A DNA stretch of 64,000 bases. Origin: a virus. Taxonomy: Duplodnaviria; Caudoviricetes. The position numbers and the translations under genes were made by a program. The first letter of the stretch is position 1, and each line of letters begins with the position of its first letter. Where the stretch lies: the IMG/VR virus record IMGVR_UViG_3300047160_001275, positions 1 to 64,000 of that record; one strand, 5' to 3'. This document shows, one piece after another, positions 55,224-63,944 of this stretch. The notes below the pieces were generated by a model that ran no database searches, was not told where the DNA came from, and worked only from the letters and a program-made list of their open reading frames with translations.

Positions 55224-55820
55224 TCACATGCTTGTTGAATAACTGACAGTTACGGTGTCACCCGAGCCGACGGTCTTCGCCCCGCCGGAGAAGGTGCCCG
55301 CGCTCCACAGCACGCCAGCGGCGCTGTCCTTGGTCGCGGTCGCCCCGGTGCCGTAAAGGACGAAAGCCCCCTCCAGCGTGCCCGCGCCGGTCATCGAGTA
55401 GGAGAGGTTCGAAGACAGCGCGATGGCCCCGCCCGAGGCCGCCGCCCAGGCGCAGGTCTGCCGGTTGCCCGAATACGGCGGCGCGTTGGTCCCGCCCGCC
55501 TCCTTCCATTGATTGGTGCCGTTGATCTGCGCCCCGGTGTCGCTGGCCTGGGTCTGGGTCCAGCCGACCGACGAGATCAGCCCCATGAACGGGCCGATGA
55601 CGGTGTAGGCGGTCCCGGCCAGGAAGGTGCCGAACGCGAGGTTCTTGCCTTCCGTACAGACCACGTTCGAGATCTCCTCGAACCATTTGATCGCGCCGTC
55701 AGGGCCATGGCACCAGATCTTATAGACGCCACCGGCGTGCGCCTGCTCCTCCATTCCCGCGCGACGCGCGACCGTCGCGCCCACCGCGTCAGCGGCGGCG
55801 GCCTTGGCTTTCATGTTCAT
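55224..55820 (-). CDS. structural protein (fibre anchor-like)
   Basis: W.E.I.N.V...GKN...; ends F.GG.KTV.SGDTVTV.Y, a motif common in fibre-attachment proteins. Confidence 0.6.
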   Translation of the reverse strand: MNMKAKAAAADAVGATVARRAGMEEQAHAGGVYKIWCHGPDGAIKWFEEISNVVCTEGKNLAFGTFLAGTAYTVIGPFMGLISSVGWTQTQASDTGAQINGTNQWKEAGGTNAPPYSGNRQTCAWAAASGGAIALSSNLSYSMTGAGTLEGAFVLYGTGATATKDSAAGVLWSAGTFSGGAKTVGSGDTVTVSYSTSM

Positions 55821-55835
55821 GTCCTTCGATGAGTC

Positions 55836-55896
55836 GCGGATCGTCCCGCTTGGGGCCGTTACCGGCGCGTTTACGGGCTTAGGCGGGACGACCCGC
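55836..55896 (-). terminator. 14-bp stem-loop downstream of the capsid genes (attenuator/mRNA stabiliser)
   Basis: Arms GCGGATCGTCCCGC (55836-55849) and GCGGGACGACCCGC (55883-55896); one G-U on minus strand; no clear U-tract. Confidence 0.45.
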
Positions 55897-55928
55897 TTCT
55901 TGGCTGGTCATGCCAAGCCCGGTGGTTC

Positions 55929-56255
55929 TCAGCGCGGCGAGCGCTTGACGTGGCCGTGCGGCTCTGGCGCAGGCTCAGGAGCAGCGTCGGCAGGAGGGCT
56001 GACGAATGGGCGCAGCGGAGCGAACTCCGACTCGAACTCGCCCTCGAACGGCCCCTTGTCCGTATATCGGACCTCTTGACCTTCGGCCGCCTTCGCCGCG
56101 CCCTTGAGCAGGAAAGCGAGCAGCGGCCGGGGGAGCACGATCTCCTTCGTCTCGCCCGGCCCGATGCGGTACTGCTCCATGCCGTCAGGGCCGCCGTGGA
56201 TGACGCGCGGCGCGGGTGTGACGTTGGCGACTTCGACTCTGACCAAATCTGGCAC
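55929..56255 (-). CDS. small protein immediately downstream of major capsid gene (probable capsid-associated)
   Basis: GGAGG RBS; N-domain V.NVTPAPRVI..G.E.YRIGPGE....LP plus Pro/Ala tail. Confidence 0.7.
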   Translation of the reverse strand: MPDLVRVEVANVTPAPRVIHGGPDGMEQYRIGPGETKEIVLPRPLLAFLLKGAAKAAEGQEVRYTDKGPFEGEFESEFAPLRPFVSPPADAAPEPAPEPHGHVKRSPR

Positions 56256-56265
56256 ACGCTCCTCC

Positions 56266-57210
56266 TTAGATGCCGTCAGTGTAACAGAACGCGCCAGGCC
56301 GCCGGATCTCGGTCGAGCCGATCCTGAACACGCCGGGGATGTCGAACGTCATCGGCCCCGTCTGCCAGACCGAGAAGAACCGATGCGGCATCGGGATGTG
56401 CAGCTTCACGATCTGCGGGTCTCTCCGATAGGTCACCATTCTCGCGGTGCCGCCGATCCCCATCGTGTCAAGGTTGATGGTGGCCAGGATGGTGAGGTCT
56501 TGGCCGGTGGTTTGCTTGTAGAGGTTGTACTTCTGCAAGTACTCCAGCGCGTTGCCATAGGTGTTAGGCACGCGGGTGTTGGCCAGAAGCTGGAGGTTGG
56601 CGATCGGCAGCAGCACCGTGTCGGCCATCTCGACCGTCAATGACCCCTGATAGACCTGGGTCAGAGAGTTCTGGACGTCGGCGATCATCTGATCGGCCGT
56701 CTTGTTGACCCACAAGGACGATGAGCCGGTGCCGGTCGCTGGCGCAGTGACTTGCTGGACGAGGGCGTTGTTGAACAGGCCGGTGACATTCTTGCGCTTG
56801 TCGCCGACGCGGGCCATCCGGTCGACGAACTCCTCATAGGCGCGTCTGGCCGCCGCCGCCCTTTCGGTCGACAAGTTGAGGTTGGGGATCATCATCGCCT
56901 GCCCCAGTTCCTCAAGCGTATAGCGGTAGCCGATCGCCGCCATCTCGATCGATTGCTCGTATTTGTTGCGGTTGATGTCGGCGACCGGCATGGCGGTTGC
57001 GTAGCCGTCGTACCAATCGGCGTTGCCGACCTTGTCGACCGAGTAGTAAGTGACGCTCTTCGCCCATTCGGACGCCGAGCTATCGATCGGGATCAGCCGT
57101 GTATAGAGAATATCCGGGTACTGGATGCGATAGACTTCCGGCTCTATGTGAGACGTTTGAGAAACGAGGAACCCAAACGCTTGTTGGGTGTCGTACATAG
57201 GGAATCGCAT
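56266..57210 (-). CDS. major capsid protein (DUF2184/encapsulin-like HK97 fold)
   Basis: FL.SQ...IE..VY..QYPDI.Y..LIP, YRYT.EEL..A, A.AARRAYEE, GL.N, MP.RF, G..IRRP. Confidence 0.9.
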   Translation of the reverse strand: MRFPMYDTQQAFGFLVSQTSHIEPEVYRIQYPDILYTRLIPIDSSASEWAKSVTYYSVDKVGNADWYDGYATAMPVADINRNKYEQSIEMAAIGYRYTLEELGQAMMIPNLNLSTERAAAARRAYEEFVDRMARVGDKRKNVTGLFNNALVQQVTAPATGTGSSSLWVNKTADQMIADVQNSLTQVYQGSLTVEMADTVLLPIANLQLLANTRVPNTYGNALEYLQKYNLYKQTTGQDLTILATINLDTMGIGGTARMVTYRRDPQIVKLHIPMPHRFFSVWQTGPMTFDIPGVFRIGSTEIRRPGAFCYTDGI

Positions 57211-57318
57211 AGCTGTCTCCTCGCCCGCCGTTGCGCCATGCGACGTGCCTAGTCTTGAGATTTAGTTGTGGGGAGGAAGAGAAGCCCGCTTAGACCATCG
57301 CGGACGTAGTACGAACGA

Positions 57319-57855
57319 TCAGGCCATCGAGGTCAGACGAATGACCGCCAGACCGTTGAAGTTGATTTGCGGCTGCGACGAGTTCGGCAACGAGGTCATC
57401 CAGATCGAGTCCTCGATCAGCACCGCATTGGCGATGCCAGAGCCGCCAAGCTGGCCGGTGACCGAGTTGAAGTAGGCCGGGTTGCCCGACGCCACATTGC
57501 CGAGCGGCTGGACCCAGATGTCGCCGAAGGTTTGCACCGGCACCGTGTCGGTGTCGTAGAACGTGTCGATCTTGCGCGATGCGCCGCTGGGAAGCGGCGT
57601 GGTGGCGACCGCCAAGACGCTGGAGGCGTGAGTGATGCCGACGAACGCGCCGCCAGAGAGTGCGCCCAAGGTGCAGCCCTTGTCGCTCTTGTAGCCCTGA
57701 CACACGGCCAAGCCGAACCCGACGCCGTTGCCGGTCGGCTCCTCAAGGATGCGCGGATCGAGTTGCGGCTGGCCTGCGGTCGAGGCGGTCATGCCGTTCT
57801 GGGCCACGGTTTCGTATTGCTGATAAGTCGTTTGGGTGGGTGCCGGGACGATCAT
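57319..57855 (-). CDS. head decoration/cement protein
   Basis: Between DUF2213 and MCP; G..FG.AV.QG...G.F.GI...G.IWV pattern. Confidence 0.7.
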   Translation of the reverse strand: MIVPAPTQTTYQQYETVAQNGMTASTAGQPQLDPRILEEPTGNGVGFGLAVCQGYKSDKGCTLGALSGGAFVGITHASSVLAVATTPLPSGASRKIDTFYDTDTVPVQTFGDIWVQPLGNVASGNPAYFNSVTGQLGGSGIANAVLIEDSIWMTSLPNSSQPQINFNGLAVIRLTSMA

Positions 57856-57935
57856 CGCCCGTCTCCTTTCTCTTCAGGTTGTTAGGGAGATTTCTTGCTT
57901 TCGCGCCTCATTTCGAGGAGCGAGAAAGCTGGAAA

Positions 57936-60044
57936 TCAGTTGCGCCGGTCGGCCATTGGGGTCTTGTAGTCGTCCTGAATGCGCTTGCAGTACTCGTCGT
58001 AAGCGATGTCCTTGTCGGTCATCTGCACGCCGCTCTGATAGAAGCCAGCGCTGCGGCGGACGCCGTCCGACATGCCGTCGGCCATCCTGCGCACGCCCGA
58101 TGCTTGCGCCTGGGCGGGGCCAGCGACTGCAAGATTGAACGCGCCGAGAACCTGGGCGTCGTCCCAGCCGTCGATGAGCTTCTCGCCGCCCATCGCCGCC
58201 GCCGCGACCGCACGGCGGATCTCCTTCAGGCTCTGGGTTCCAAACTCATACGAGTCGCCGAGAACCTTGCGCGCCTGCGCCTTGACGGTGTCGCGGTCGC
58301 GCAGGATCTGCTCCTGCCGCTCCTCGCTGAACTCGGAATCCCTGAGCTTCTTCTTCAGGAGCGCAATCTCGCCGTCGCGGGCGGCGATCGAGTCGCGATA
58401 GCCGCGCTCCTTCTTCTCACGCGCCTGCTCAGCCGCCACCGCGTCTTGATCGCGGGCGTCGGTGTCGTCTTCGTCATCGTCGTTGTCGTCGCCGCCATTG
58501 CCATTCTTCTTCTTGAACGGCGTGGCCTTCTTGCCGCCGAAGTTCTCGGCCTGATCGGCCACAAACTGTTCGAGGATCGACGCCGAAGCGCCATCGGAGA
58601 CCTGCACCGGCAGGCCCCGGATCATCACCGTAACCATGTTCTCTGCTCCTTCCACGCCGCCATCGGCGTCTCCAGTTTCACCCAGTCCAGGCTCGCCCAG
58701 TTCGCGGGCGCGGCGGTTGATCAAGGCGCGGGCTGCCGCTGGGTTCTTGGCCCGCCCAATCGCCTGCTTGGCGTTAGCGAGATCGGCCTTGTTCTTGATC
58801 GGAAAGCCGCCATGCGGCAGCGCCTTGCCCTGCTTGGCGAGGCTCTTGCGTTCTTCTTCGCTGACGTCGCGGTCGTAGACCGCGGCCTCCGGGTATTTGG
58901 CGAAGTAGGCTTCCAGATCGGCGTCGCGGGTTTGCTTGCTCTTCGGCTGCCAGCGCTGAGCCTCGGTCGGCTTGCGCCAGCCGCGTGGGCCGAGCGGGCC
59001 TTCGTAGGAGTCAGGCTCACGCTCTGGCTCTTGGCCGGGCTTGCGCCAGCCGCGCCGGGCCAAATAGCCTTCAGAGGTGTCTGGGCTGGCCTTGGCTTCC
59101 TTCTCCCGCGCCGCCCAGGTGCGCTTCCGCGCCTCCAGCGCCGCCGCTCGCGCCTCCTCGCTCCAGGCGTCGTCGATGTCCGCGTCGCCGCCTTGGGTCG
59201 GCCGCTCGCGATAGCCGCAGGACGGGCATTCGTTGGCGTCCATCATCGCGCCACAGTTCGGGCACGGGCTCTTGGTCACCCCGTCGCCGAACCGTAAGGA
59301 GCGCCCGCCCCTGGCCACCGGCACCAGGGCGTGATGATTGGCTCTGATGTCCCGCTGCACCCCGTCATAAGCCTCGCCGTCGGGCGTCTGGCCTGGGGTC
59401 CAATCAATGTCGGTGGTGTAGCCGACGCTGAGTTCACGAACCCCGTTCTCGTAAGCCTCGATCGCCGCCGCGTCGGTCAGCATCAGCGGCACCCGCACAT
59501 ACTCGCCGTCCCTGACCACGTCGGAGCCAGAGAAGCCCTTGGCCACCTTGGCCCACGTCTTGGTGTCGACCATGCGCGACGGATGGGTGAGGGTGATCGG
59601 CTTGTTGGCCATCGAGTGCATGGCCGAAGCCGAGAACACTTCTTCCGGCGGACGATAGAGGGTGACGAAGTCGCGATCCCTCAGCCCGACCTCGCGGCCC
59701 CGGTAGCGCTGGGTGCCGACGCGGGCCACCAGCGCCTCGCACACCATGTAGCCGTCGCTAGTTCGCCTAACGTCGTCGAGCAGCGCCACGTCGTCGAGCA
59801 GCACGTCGCGGGTCCACATCTGTCCCTCCTGGTCGAGCAGGGCGTCGGCGGCGTGGGGCGGATGGGCCTGCCGCCACGCCGAGGACTTCTTGCCTCGGAG
59901 CTTGCCTTGCTTGGTTGCGGTCGCAGTGCCGGGCTTAAGGTTTCCGGCCTTCTGCATGGCTGCGGTGGCGATGGCCCAGGCCGAGGACTCGGAATGGCCC
60001 TTGGCCTGAATCTTCTCGGCCGCCTTGTGCAGGATGACGGGCAT
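57936..60044 (-). CDS. DUF2213 head maturation/scaffold protein with extra N-terminal and internal modules
   Basis: DGY...ARVGTQ.Y...E...LYRPPEEVFS..AM.S.A.KPITL.HP...RELSVGY...Q.DI.ANH.ALV..ARGG; coiled-coil scaffold-like C-terminus. Confidence 0.88.
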   Translation of the reverse strand: MPVILHKAAEKIQAKGHSESSAWAIATAAMQKAGNLKPGTATATKQGKLRGKKSSAWRQAHPPHAADALLDQEGQMWTRDVLLDDVALLDDVRRTSDGYMVCEALVARVGTQRYRGREVGLRDRDFVTLYRPPEEVFSASAMHSMANKPITLTHPSRMVDTKTWAKVAKGFSGSDVVRDGEYVRVPLMLTDAAAIEAYENGVRELSVGYTTDIDWTPGQTPDGEAYDGVQRDIRANHHALVPVARGGRSLRFGDGVTKSPCPNCGAMMDANECPSCGYRERPTQGGDADIDDAWSEEARAAALEARKRTWAAREKEAKASPDTSEGYLARRGWRKPGQEPEREPDSYEGPLGPRGWRKPTEAQRWQPKSKQTRDADLEAYFAKYPEAAVYDRDVSEEERKSLAKQGKALPHGGFPIKNKADLANAKQAIGRAKNPAAARALINRRARELGEPGLGETGDADGGVEGAENMVTVMIRGLPVQVSDGASASILEQFVADQAENFGGKKATPFKKKNGNGGDDNDDDEDDTDARDQDAVAAEQAREKKERGYRDSIAARDGEIALLKKKLRDSEFSEERQEQILRDRDTVKAQARKVLGDSYEFGTQSLKEIRRAVAAAAMGGEKLIDGWDDAQVLGAFNLAVAGPAQAQASGVRRMADGMSDGVRRSAGFYQSGVQMTDKDIAYDEYCKRIQDDYKTPMADRRN

Positions 60045-60046
60045 GG

Positions 60047-60379
60047 TCAGAACTCCACGGGAACGAAGAAGCAGCGGAGCGTCGGATCGCCTGCGATGTA
60101 GCCGAAGAACAGCCAGTACTCGCCGTCTTGGCTCGGCAGGGCGAAACGGTTCGGGATCGGGTGCGGGAAGATGTCGACCACCCAGTCGCCTGCGCCGTTG
60201 CGGTGAACCTGCTCAGGCTTGAGGTGATGCGCGTCCGTCTGGCCGCAGCACGCCGCCTTGACCCAGCCGGGAACGATCGCCCCATCGGCCCATTGGTCGT
60301 GGCCGAACGCCGATGTTGAGACTAACGCGAAGAACGCCGAAATAAATATTTTCGCCTTCGTAAGTCCTTTGCCCGTCAC
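60047..60379 (-). CDS. small Cys-containing exported protein
   Basis: Signal peptide, CCGQTD, SQDG.YWL, RCFFVP. Confidence 0.6.
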   Translation of the reverse strand: MTGKGLTKAKIFISAFFALVSTSAFGHDQWADGAIVPGWVKAACCGQTDAHHLKPEQVHRNGAGDWVVDIFPHPIPNRFALPSQDGEYWLFFGYIAGDPTLRCFFVPVEF

Positions 60380-60430
60380 ACCAGCCCTCGCGCAAGTCCT
60401 TTATGTTATCTCAATTCCACAAACCGCGAT

Positions 60431-60458
60431 TTGCATTTGGCGAACTAATGCTTATATT
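60431..60458 (+). promoter_or_regulatory. sigma70-type promoter of an isolated plus-strand gene
   Basis: TTGCAT-N16-TATATT; AGGGAAGCA leader at 60502-60510; lacks the dyad operator. Confidence 0.55.
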
Positions 60459-60513
60459 ACAGACTCGAGGCGATAACCCTCGCATGCTGTTTGACAACCA
60501 AAGGGAAGCAACT

Positions 60514-60879
60514 ATGAAGAACGGAATCCACCCGAACGCCAACCTGTCGAAGCTCAAGAAGTTGCTTGGCGCGAACTTCCGCTATCGGCTCGATCCGAAG
60601 GCGGCGACACAGGAGGAAAGGGACGAGGCGCGGGAGAAGGCGCGCGACGACTATCGCAATGCGCTCCTACAAGGCGATCAGAAGCACCAAGAACTGGTCG
60701 CCGCCGCGAAGGACGCCAAGGAGCGAGCCGGAAGGCTCATAGCCAGATCGAGGAGCTACAAGATCACGGCTGGCACGGTCGATCAGGCTGGGAGCTTCGG
60801 CTTCTTCAGCGTGAGGGCCGAGGGCGACACCTGGGCGCAGATCGTGGAGAAACTGGACAGGACGGACAGGCGAGCCTAA
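60514..60879 (+). CDS. hypothetical early-type protein, antisense to the late region
   Basis: ATG 60514 with same leader as early genes; protein-like. Confidence 0.7.
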   Translation: MKNGIHPNANLSKLKKLLGANFRYRLDPKAATQEERDEAREKARDDYRNALLQGDQKHQELVAAAKDAKERAGRLIARSRSYKITAGTVDQAGSFGFFSVRAEGDTWAQIVEKLDRTDRRA

Positions 60880-60961
60880 GCTCCCAGCGGTCCTCAGATT
60901 GGACTGCACTGGAAGCGAATTAACCCCCTCTACTACTTACTCTCGATGACTGGCGGCCTCG

Positions 60962-61141
60962 TCAAAGGGGCCGCCTTTCTTTTTGCCCGAACACCTTCTC
61001 CAGCCGGTCGCGCGCAAGCTCGACCCGCCGCGCGGTGTCGGTCATCCGATACGCCCGCCACGCCAGCAGCCACGCGCTCACCGCAATGAGCGCCGCCACC
61101 GCCGCCAACGCGACGGCGATGGCGGGCAGCCAATCGTTCAA
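60962..61141 (-). CDS. small single-TM protein
   Basis: Hand translation from TTG 61141: MNDWLPAIAVALAAVAALIAVSAWLLAWRAYRMTDTARRVELARDRLEKVFGQKERRPL. Confidence 0.5.
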   Translation of the reverse strand: MNDWLPAIAVALAAVAALIAVSAWLLAWRAYRMTDTARRVELARDRLEKVFGQKERRPL

Positions 61142-61527
61142 CGGCGGCCAGGAAGGTCCGGCTCAAGGCCCGAGCCTTCGTAAGGCACGAACACCATGCA
61201 CTTGTAGTAGGGCGAGTAGGCCCAGAAGCCCCTGGCCCCGACGATCTCAACGCCGCCTTGCGCTGGGCGAGAACGCATTACGGGCTCATTGTCATCGGCT
61301 CGAGGATGACCCTGACGACTGGCCATGATAGGGAGCGCCATGATGACCCATGAAGACGCCCATGAAGACGTGATGATGCTGTTCGACATGGAGGAGCCCG
61401 AGGCGCTCCTGGGCGAGCATCCTCCACGCCAAGCCCGGCTTAATGTTGTGAGATGACTTTCCGGCTTACGGTGCGAGGATCAACGGCCGACATTCTGCGC
61501 GCCCAGATGACTCTACCTCATGGAAAT

Positions 61528-61679
61528 GGCGGCAAGGTTTTCACGCCTCGCCGCCTCGTTTGGTCGCTGCCGGATGGCGAGGGATTCGACCCCCTCGCCT
61601 TCACCGCTCGCATCGGGGCGCGCGCCGAATTTGGACGGGTCTTCGTCGTCCCAGATTCAGGGGGCGGCGAAGCCCGTCC
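61528..61679. ncRNA. candidate structured RNA/terminator cluster (three GC-rich hairpins)
   Basis: Stems 61528-61555 (10 bp), 61576-61599 (8 bp perfect), 61633-61679 (19 bp, 2 G-U, 1 bulge). Confidence 0.3.
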
Positions 61680-61707
61680 GAGCCGCGGCAGATGCGCTGC
61701 CTTTCGC

Positions 61708-62256
61708 TCACGCGGGCGGCGTCGGGGCCGAAGGAGTCGGCACTTCCGTGCCTTCCGTCGGCACGATGATCACCGTCCAACCGGTGCGCAGCGTCCATAC
61801 GGGCTTAGCCTCCCAACCCTTGATCGGCTCGGGCGGCGTCTCGCCTGGAGGCAGCGGATGACCGGCGACGGGCGGATAGCCGCTGCCCGGAGGCAGTTCG
61901 ACCCCCGGAGGCCCCCAGATCGGGAACGTCGGCTCCCCCGGCGATCCGCCGCCCGGAGGCTGTCCGCCACTCGGCGGCTGGCCGGGAAAACCGGGCCAAT
62001 AGATCGGCGGCGTCGGTCGCGGGTCGGTTGGCCCCCAAATGCCGGGAGGCTGGCCGCCTTCCGGCGGATAGCCGCCCGGAGGCACGATCGGATGGGCCGG
62101 GAACACCGGCTCGCCGGGCTCCGGGGGCGGCACGATGGGACCGCCGCCGATGCCCAGCCCCAGGATTGAGGCTTGGCCGGTCAGGGTCACCTTGGTCGGT
62201 TTCTTCTGGGCGTGGTCCCATAGCACGCCGTCGATTTGAATAGGCACTGACGCCAT
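61708..62256 (-). CDS. Pro/Gly-rich low-complexity protein
   Basis: IGGGPI, GIWGP, PPIY motifs; coupled to upstream paralog. Confidence 0.7.
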   Translation of the reverse strand: MASVPIQIDGVLWDHAQKKPTKVTLTGQASILGLGIGGGPIVPPPEPGEPVFPAHPIVPPGGYPPEGGQPPGIWGPTDPRPTPPIYWPGFPGQPPSGGQPPGGGSPGEPTFPIWGPPGVELPPGSGYPPVAGHPLPPGETPPEPIKGWEAKPVWTLRTGWTVIIVPTEGTEVPTPSAPTPPA

Positions 62257-62257
62257 T

Positions 62258-62578
62258 TTATTTCGCTCCTTTGCTGGATGTCGCAGTCGGCGGAACGAGC
62301 ATTCCCGGCGGCGGCTTGGGTGTCTCTTCCGGCGGCAGCACCGGAATATAGATCGGATGCTCGGGATGGGCGTCGGTCGGCGGCGTCCACCCTTCCGGCG
62401 GCTTCTCCCCGCCGTTCGGCGGCGGCCCCGGGATGTAGATCGGCGGCTTCGGCCATGGGCCGGGCGGACCCCATATGCCCAAGGGCGGCTCGCCGGGACC
62501 GGGAATGATCGGCCCGCCGCCGATGCTCAGACTGCCGTCATAGATCTCGCCCTTGATGACTATGGGCTTGCCTGCCAT
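62258..62578 (-). CDS. Pro/Gly-rich low-complexity protein (paralog)
   Basis: GGAG RBS; IGGGPII, GIWGP, PPIYIP motifs. Confidence 0.7.
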   Translation of the reverse strand: MAGKPIVIKGEIYDGSLSIGGGPIIPGPGEPPLGIWGPPGPWPKPPIYIPGPPPNGGEKPPEGWTPPTDAHPEHPIYIPVLPPEETPKPPPGMLVPPTATSSKGAK

Positions 62579-62712
62579 CCTTAATCTCCTGCGATGCTGA
62601 GTTAACCCTTAGGTGCGGGGATCGCCCATGGGTTGAGCGAGTGCAGCGTTACGCTCCTCCGCGCCCACGCGCTAGAGCCTTATGCCAAAATTTCATGTCG
62701 CCCTGCTGACGA

Positions 62713-63099
62713 TCAATGACTCACGATCGTCACGTCGGCCGTCCCGCTTAGGACCACATACAACCCGACATGGTACGCCCACGGCGTGCTGCCGGTGATC
62801 CCCGCGCCGTTCTTCGACACGTCCAGCACCCCTATCACCGCGCCGGTCGCATCGACCCCGTCATAGACCCTCAGGCTGCCGCTGGTCGCGGCGGTGTTGA
62901 CCGCGATGCTGCTGATCCAGCCCGAGCCGGTCTTGATCAGCGTCGATCCCGCCGCGCTCAGGTGAGTCAGCGTCTGGCCGTTCGGATTGGGCGCGAGCCA
63001 CACCGGCTGGGCGTTAGCCGGATTCTCGGTCGGCGGCCGAGGCTGCTGAGCCAAAGCGGGAGAGGCCAAGAGCGCCAGCGCGAGACCGAGCCGTCTCAT
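62713..63099 (-). CDS. exported/virion beta-sandwich-like protein
   Basis: Signal peptide MRRLGLALALLASPALA; IKTGSG.I.SI.VNT...LRVYD. Confidence 0.65.
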   Translation of the reverse strand: MRRLGLALALLASPALAQQPRPPTENPANAQPVWLAPNPNGQTLTHLSAAGSTLIKTGSGWISSIAVNTAATSGSLRVYDGVDATGAVIGVLDVSKNGAGITGSTPWAYHVGLYVVLSGTADVTIVSH

Positions 63100-63344
63100 C
63101 CGGTGACGAGCCCGCAAGCCGCAGCCAGACCGTCGGGCGACCAGTGCGGATCGGTGATGCCGCGATCAAGCGGGCTCAGCTTGCGGAACGCGTTGAGCCC
63201 GGAATAGGCGTTCAACTGCTTCTCGGCCCGCGTCGGGTCGAGCACGCTCCACTTGTCCAAGATCACCGAGCCTGCCTGGGCGTTGACCGCCTGCATGATC
63301 GCCAGCGGGCTCTTGGCCTTATGCGGGTCGAGCGGGTGAGCCAT
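63096..63344 (-). CDS. small hypothetical protein
   Basis: RBS GGAGATGAGAG; coupled to downstream gene. Confidence 0.55.
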   Translation of the reverse strand: MAHPLDPHKAKSPLAIMQAVNAQAGSVILDKWSVLDPTRAEKQLNAYSGLNAFRKLSPLDRGITDPHWSPDGLAAACGLVTG

Positions 63345-63347
63345 CTC

Positions 63348-63944
63348 TCATCTCCTCACATAGATGTCGTTGTGAGTGCAGCGCTGCGCGAACTCATAGC
63401 CCTGCGGCTCCAGCACGGAGCAGATCGCCTGAGACTCGGCGTCGCACATCGCCTCGACGCAGATGACCATCGGCCCGTTGATCTTGAGGTTGGCGGTCTT
63501 CAGCACCGGCAGGTCCATGCCCTCGATGTCGAGATCGAGAAAATCGGGATAGACGCCGCCCCAGTGCGCGTCGACGATCGCCCTCATCGTCGTCAGCTTG
63601 ACCGTTTCCTGGCTGGTGACCGGGGCGTAGCTCAGAAGCCGCCCCTTGACCAGCGAGTTGCAGCCCCTCGTCTCGGTCGAACGATAGAACGTCGCCTCGC
63701 CCGGCGCGACAGAGATCCCTACGCACAGGTTGACGTCGTCTGGCCGGTGCTTCTGAAAAAGCTCGATCGCCTCATGATCGGCGTCGACATTGATGCCGCG
63801 CGATCCCCGCTCGTAGAGCAACGCGGTGTTGGAGATCTCGAACGGATGGAAGCAGCCGACGTCGAGATAGCCAGGCTTCTCCACCCCCAGCTTCTGGAAC
63901 AGGTCGACGAGGATGATGTCCTCGCCGTGCTGGGAATAGCCCAC
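63348..63944 (-). CDS. FkbM-family methyltransferase
   Basis: YSQHGED, YLDVG.FHP..ISNT.LLY.RG.RGINVDA, DFL.LDIEG.D..VL. Confidence 0.9.
   Translation of the reverse strand: MGYSQHGEDIILVDLFQKLGVEKPGYLDVGCFHPFEISNTALLYERGSRGINVDADHEAIELFQKHRPDDVNLCVGISVAPGEATFYRSTETRGCNSLVKGRLLSYAPVTSQETVKLTTMRAIVDAHWGGVYPDFLDLDIEGMDLPVLKTANLKINGPMVICVEAMCDAESQAICSVLEPQGYEFAQRCTHNDIYVRR

Noticed and set aside
55190-55224. dif-like or att-like AT-rich site (TAAGTAATTGATATTATAAATAAAAT)
   Set aside because: Poor match to XerC/XerD arms, no second copy and no integrase in the window
60088-60097. Self-target for the TnpB guide (TCGCCTGCGA)
   Set aside because: Only 10 nt match; expected by chance in GC-rich DNA
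61565-61605. tRNA-like T-arm (GGGGGTCGAATCCCTC...ATCCGGCA on minus strand)
   Set aside because: Loop lacks TTC, no matching acceptor stem, D-arm or anticodon arm at the right spacing, and no CCA
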